This document shows, piece by piece, positions 62,103 through 64,000 of a stretch of DNA of 64,000 nt. Origin of the DNA: an uncultured Verrucomicrobiae bacterium (GTDB lineage: Bacteria > Verrucomicrobiota > Verrucomicrobiia > Chthoniobacterales > Chthoniobacteraceae); the NCBI GenBank assembly GCA_963836755.1, contig CAWIKF010000002.1:704001-768000 (forward strand), given 5' to 3'. A model generated the notes under the pieces. That model was given only the letters and a program-made list of their open reading frames with translations. It ran no database searches and was not told the origin of the DNA. The stretch's first letter is position 1, and every line of letters begins with the position of its first letter. Both the position numbers and the translations under genes were made by a program.

Positions 62103-62138
62103 AGAATTAGACGGCACGCCGTCTAATTCTCGTTAGGC
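62103..62138 (+). mobile_element. Putative attI
   Basis: GTCTAAT-TCTC-GTTAGGC core upstream of intI; the first cassette begins GTTAGGCGC and ends with the complementary GCGCCTAAC. Confidence 0.75.
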
Positions 62139-62178
62139 GCTGAGCCACGTTACCCTTGAAAGACCCTGAGAGTTTTCA

Positions 62179-62625
62179 ATGTCGATTATCCTTCGTTTCA
62201 TAATCGCAGCGATCAGCATCACTGCGATATTTCCGATCGTCGGCGGAGCTATCTTCCTTTACGGCATGGGGCGAGCATTTGGCCCACGTTTTTATCCGCA
62301 AGACGTGCTTCTACTAAGCGGCATGGGGCTCGCCGCCGTTTACTTCTTTGCGGCACTCCTGACCTGTTTTTCGGCTCCGTATCTTTCATCTCGAAGCGTC
62401 GGCATCATTCTTCACTGTTTCATCATGCCCATGTCGATACTTCTTGTTTGCGTTGGCGACGGCTCTCGTGGGGCTATCTATCTAGTTCCTGGAGGCCTTT
62501 TCGCGGGACTATGGTTTCTTGCATCCCGCGTTACTCCCCCACCAGAAATAGCGGCTTCTCAAGCGGCGAATACTCGTCCGACGCAACCCCGACAGACAGA
62601 ATCTAATCAGCGCTTTGACTACTGA
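62179..62625 (+). CDS. Cassette 1: hypothetical membrane protein (about 4 TM)
   Basis: Hydrophobic ORF between attI and attC1. Confidence 0.75.
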   Translation: MSIILRFIIAAISITAIFPIVGGAIFLYGMGRAFGPRFYPQDVLLLSGMGLAAVYFFAALLTCFSAPYLSSRSVGIILHCFIMPMSILLVCVGDGSRGAIYLVPGGLFAGLWFLASRVTPPPEIAASQAANTRPTQPRQTESNQRFDY

Positions 62626-62637
62626 ACCACACAAAGC

Positions 62638-62755
62638 GCCTAACCATGCGATGCAGCCTAACAGGCTCCGCGCGTCACGGTAGCTGCTCCCCGCAGACCC
62701 GCCGCGCAGCTACCGCGCCGCGCTCCGCCTGTAGCTGATCTTGTTCTCGTTAGGC
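62638..62755 (+). mobile_element. attC1 (118 bp)
   Basis: GCCTAAC...GTTAGGC with internal dyad symmetry. Confidence 0.93.
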
Positions 62756-62776
62756 GTCATTCCACTTTCATCCGAC

Positions 62777-63199
62777 ATGAAGCTACCAATACAGATCATC
62801 ACTTCAATTTTGATGCTCGCAAGCATCGCCACTGCCGCAACTCCAGAAGAAGAAACTCGATTTCTGACTGCCGTGCGAGATGCCTACACTAAGAAAGACA
62901 AAGATGCGATTATTGCCCTGACCTGCTGGGACCGCGTAACTGACCAGCACAAGAAGCTTGCTCCGAAGGTCATTGATTACGCCGTCAGCCGTCCAATCAA
63001 GTCGGTTCAGTATCGGGCGCTCGATACTTCCGAAGCCCACACATACACCAAGGACGGGATTACTTACGGCCCCAATCTACCGATTACCAAAGAGATTGAG
63101 ATCGAATACGCGGTGGATTCGGGCAGCCAGAAATCAGAGTTGTTTATCGGAGAGAAGGAAGGCAAGCTTATGATCGTCAATCTAGCTCCACAACCATGA
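62777..63199 (+). CDS. Cassette 2: secreted hypothetical protein
   Basis: Signal peptide MKLPIQIITSILMLASIATA; stop abuts attC2. Confidence 0.8.
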   Translation: MKLPIQIITSILMLASIATAATPEEETRFLTAVRDAYTKKDKDAIIALTCWDRVTDQHKKLAPKVIDYAVSRPIKSVQYRALDTSEAHTYTKDGITYGPNLPITKEIEIEYAVDSGSQKSELFIGEKEGKLMIVNLAPQP

Positions 63200-63200
63200 C

Positions 63201-63260
63201 GCCTAACCATGCGATGCAGCTAACAGGCTCCGCCTGTAGCTGAGCTTGTTCTCGTTAGGC
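63201..63260 (+). mobile_element. attC2 (60 bp)
   Basis: GCCTAAC...GTTAGGC; arms nearly identical to attC1. Confidence 0.93.
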
Positions 63261-63263
63261 GTC

Positions 63264-63626
63264 ATGCGTTACCGGCTGATCAACGCACTTGTCGTGCTCT
63301 TGCTTCCTTCATGCGCTCAGCCTGTGGTGGACGCGAGAATTTCACGCGAAGACGTCCGAGCGATTTGCGGGGCTGTTCGCACGCGCAGCCATGCGCCTGT
63401 CACACGCATCGAGTCGGATATCTCTTCCCATTATGCTCCGGGCGCGATCCCTCACGACATGCTTGCTGTTACGTCCAGAGGCAGCACGCCCATAAAACGG
63501 TATATTCGGAATGATCTCGTATTGGTGATTCTGGCCGCCCGAGAAGGGACCGGCAGGGAGGTTTATGCAGTGCAAAAGTCACATGGATGTTGGGAAGTAG
63601 TCGGAGCGGGCGGTCTGATGCAGTGA
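63264..63626 (+). CDS. Cassette 3: putative lipoprotein
   Basis: MRYRLINALVVLLLPSC lipobox-like sequence. Confidence 0.7.
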   Translation: MRYRLINALVVLLLPSCAQPVVDARISREDVRAICGAVRTRSHAPVTRIESDISSHYAPGAIPHDMLAVTSRGSTPIKRYIRNDLVLVILAAREGTGREVYAVQKSHGCWEVVGAGGLMQ

Positions 63627-63632
63627 ACCCAA

Positions 63633-63735
63633 GCCTAACTACGCGCTCCAGCGAACAGAGGCTGGCAGTCAGCTCCTTTTTCCATGGCACGCTTGACTTA
63701 GCCAGCCTCTGTCGCTGAGCTTGGAGCCGTTAGGC
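63633..63735 (+). mobile_element. attC3 (103 bp)
   Basis: GCCTAAC...GCTCCAGCGA...TCGCTGAGC...GTTAGGC with ACAGAGGCTGGC/GCCAGCCTCTGT stem. Confidence 0.93.
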
Positions 63736-63746
63736 GCAAAGCCACC

Positions 63747-64000
63747 ATGATCAGAAGCATTACCGGCTTGATTCATACCATTGCTGCATGTTGCGCTTTA
63801 CTGAGCGGGGTTGTTATTTTCTCCCGACCCAAGGCGACTTTATTCCACAAGACCTTGGGATACATTTATTCTGCTTCAATGGTGATTCTTATCGTGACGG
63901 CTTTTTTCACCTATCATCTCACTAAGTCATTCAATGTCCTTCATATCGCAGCGATTATGGCCTGTCCGCCTCTTGTTGTCGGCGTTTCCGCTGCGATAAC
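63747..64000 (+). CDS. Cassette 4: DUF2306-like membrane protein (partial)
   Basis: Hand-translated MIRSITGLIHTIAACCALLSG...PKATLFHKTLGYIY...HIAA; open to the window edge. Confidence 0.7.
   Translation, partial: MIRSITGLIHTIAACCALLSGVVIFSRPKATLFHKTLGYIYSASMVILIVTAFFTYHLTKSFNVLHIAAIMACPPLVVGVSAAI

Overview
High-GC bacterial chromosome segment, most likely Verrucomicrobiota (inferred from a PEP-CTERM autotransporter-repeat protein and a TGTTC-N4-GAACA SOS box). Left to right: the end of an integrative element (tyrosine integrase plus a tRNA-Gly 3' fragment), a GH2 gene, a PEP-CTERM surface protein, an SOS-boxed imuA-imuB-dnaE2 cassette, tRNA-Ser, hisB, a fused ABC exporter, a SahR-like regulator divergent from metK-ahcY, rmuC, tRNA-Arg, an M20 peptidase, proS, a DinG-type helicase, a sigma54-type porin-urtABCDE urea uptake operon, a small Cys-rich gene pair, a MarR-RND efflux unit, rhodanese, an aldo/keto reductase, a glycoside hydrolase cluster, an FN3 protein, and an integron with at least 4 cassettes running off the right edge. 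Two signals stand out. (1) Six intergenic tandem arrays have mostly different unit sequences but a shared 20-21 or 41 nt period; four end in a fold-back palindrome followed by the same motif TTTACTCTGT(A/T)G, always on the + strand. (2) An unannotated 54-aa, 12-Cys peptide with a signal sequence lies downstream of a Cys/Pro-rich leader-like ORF. Three +1 frameshifts may be sequencing errors. All product calls come from motif recognition, with no database searches.
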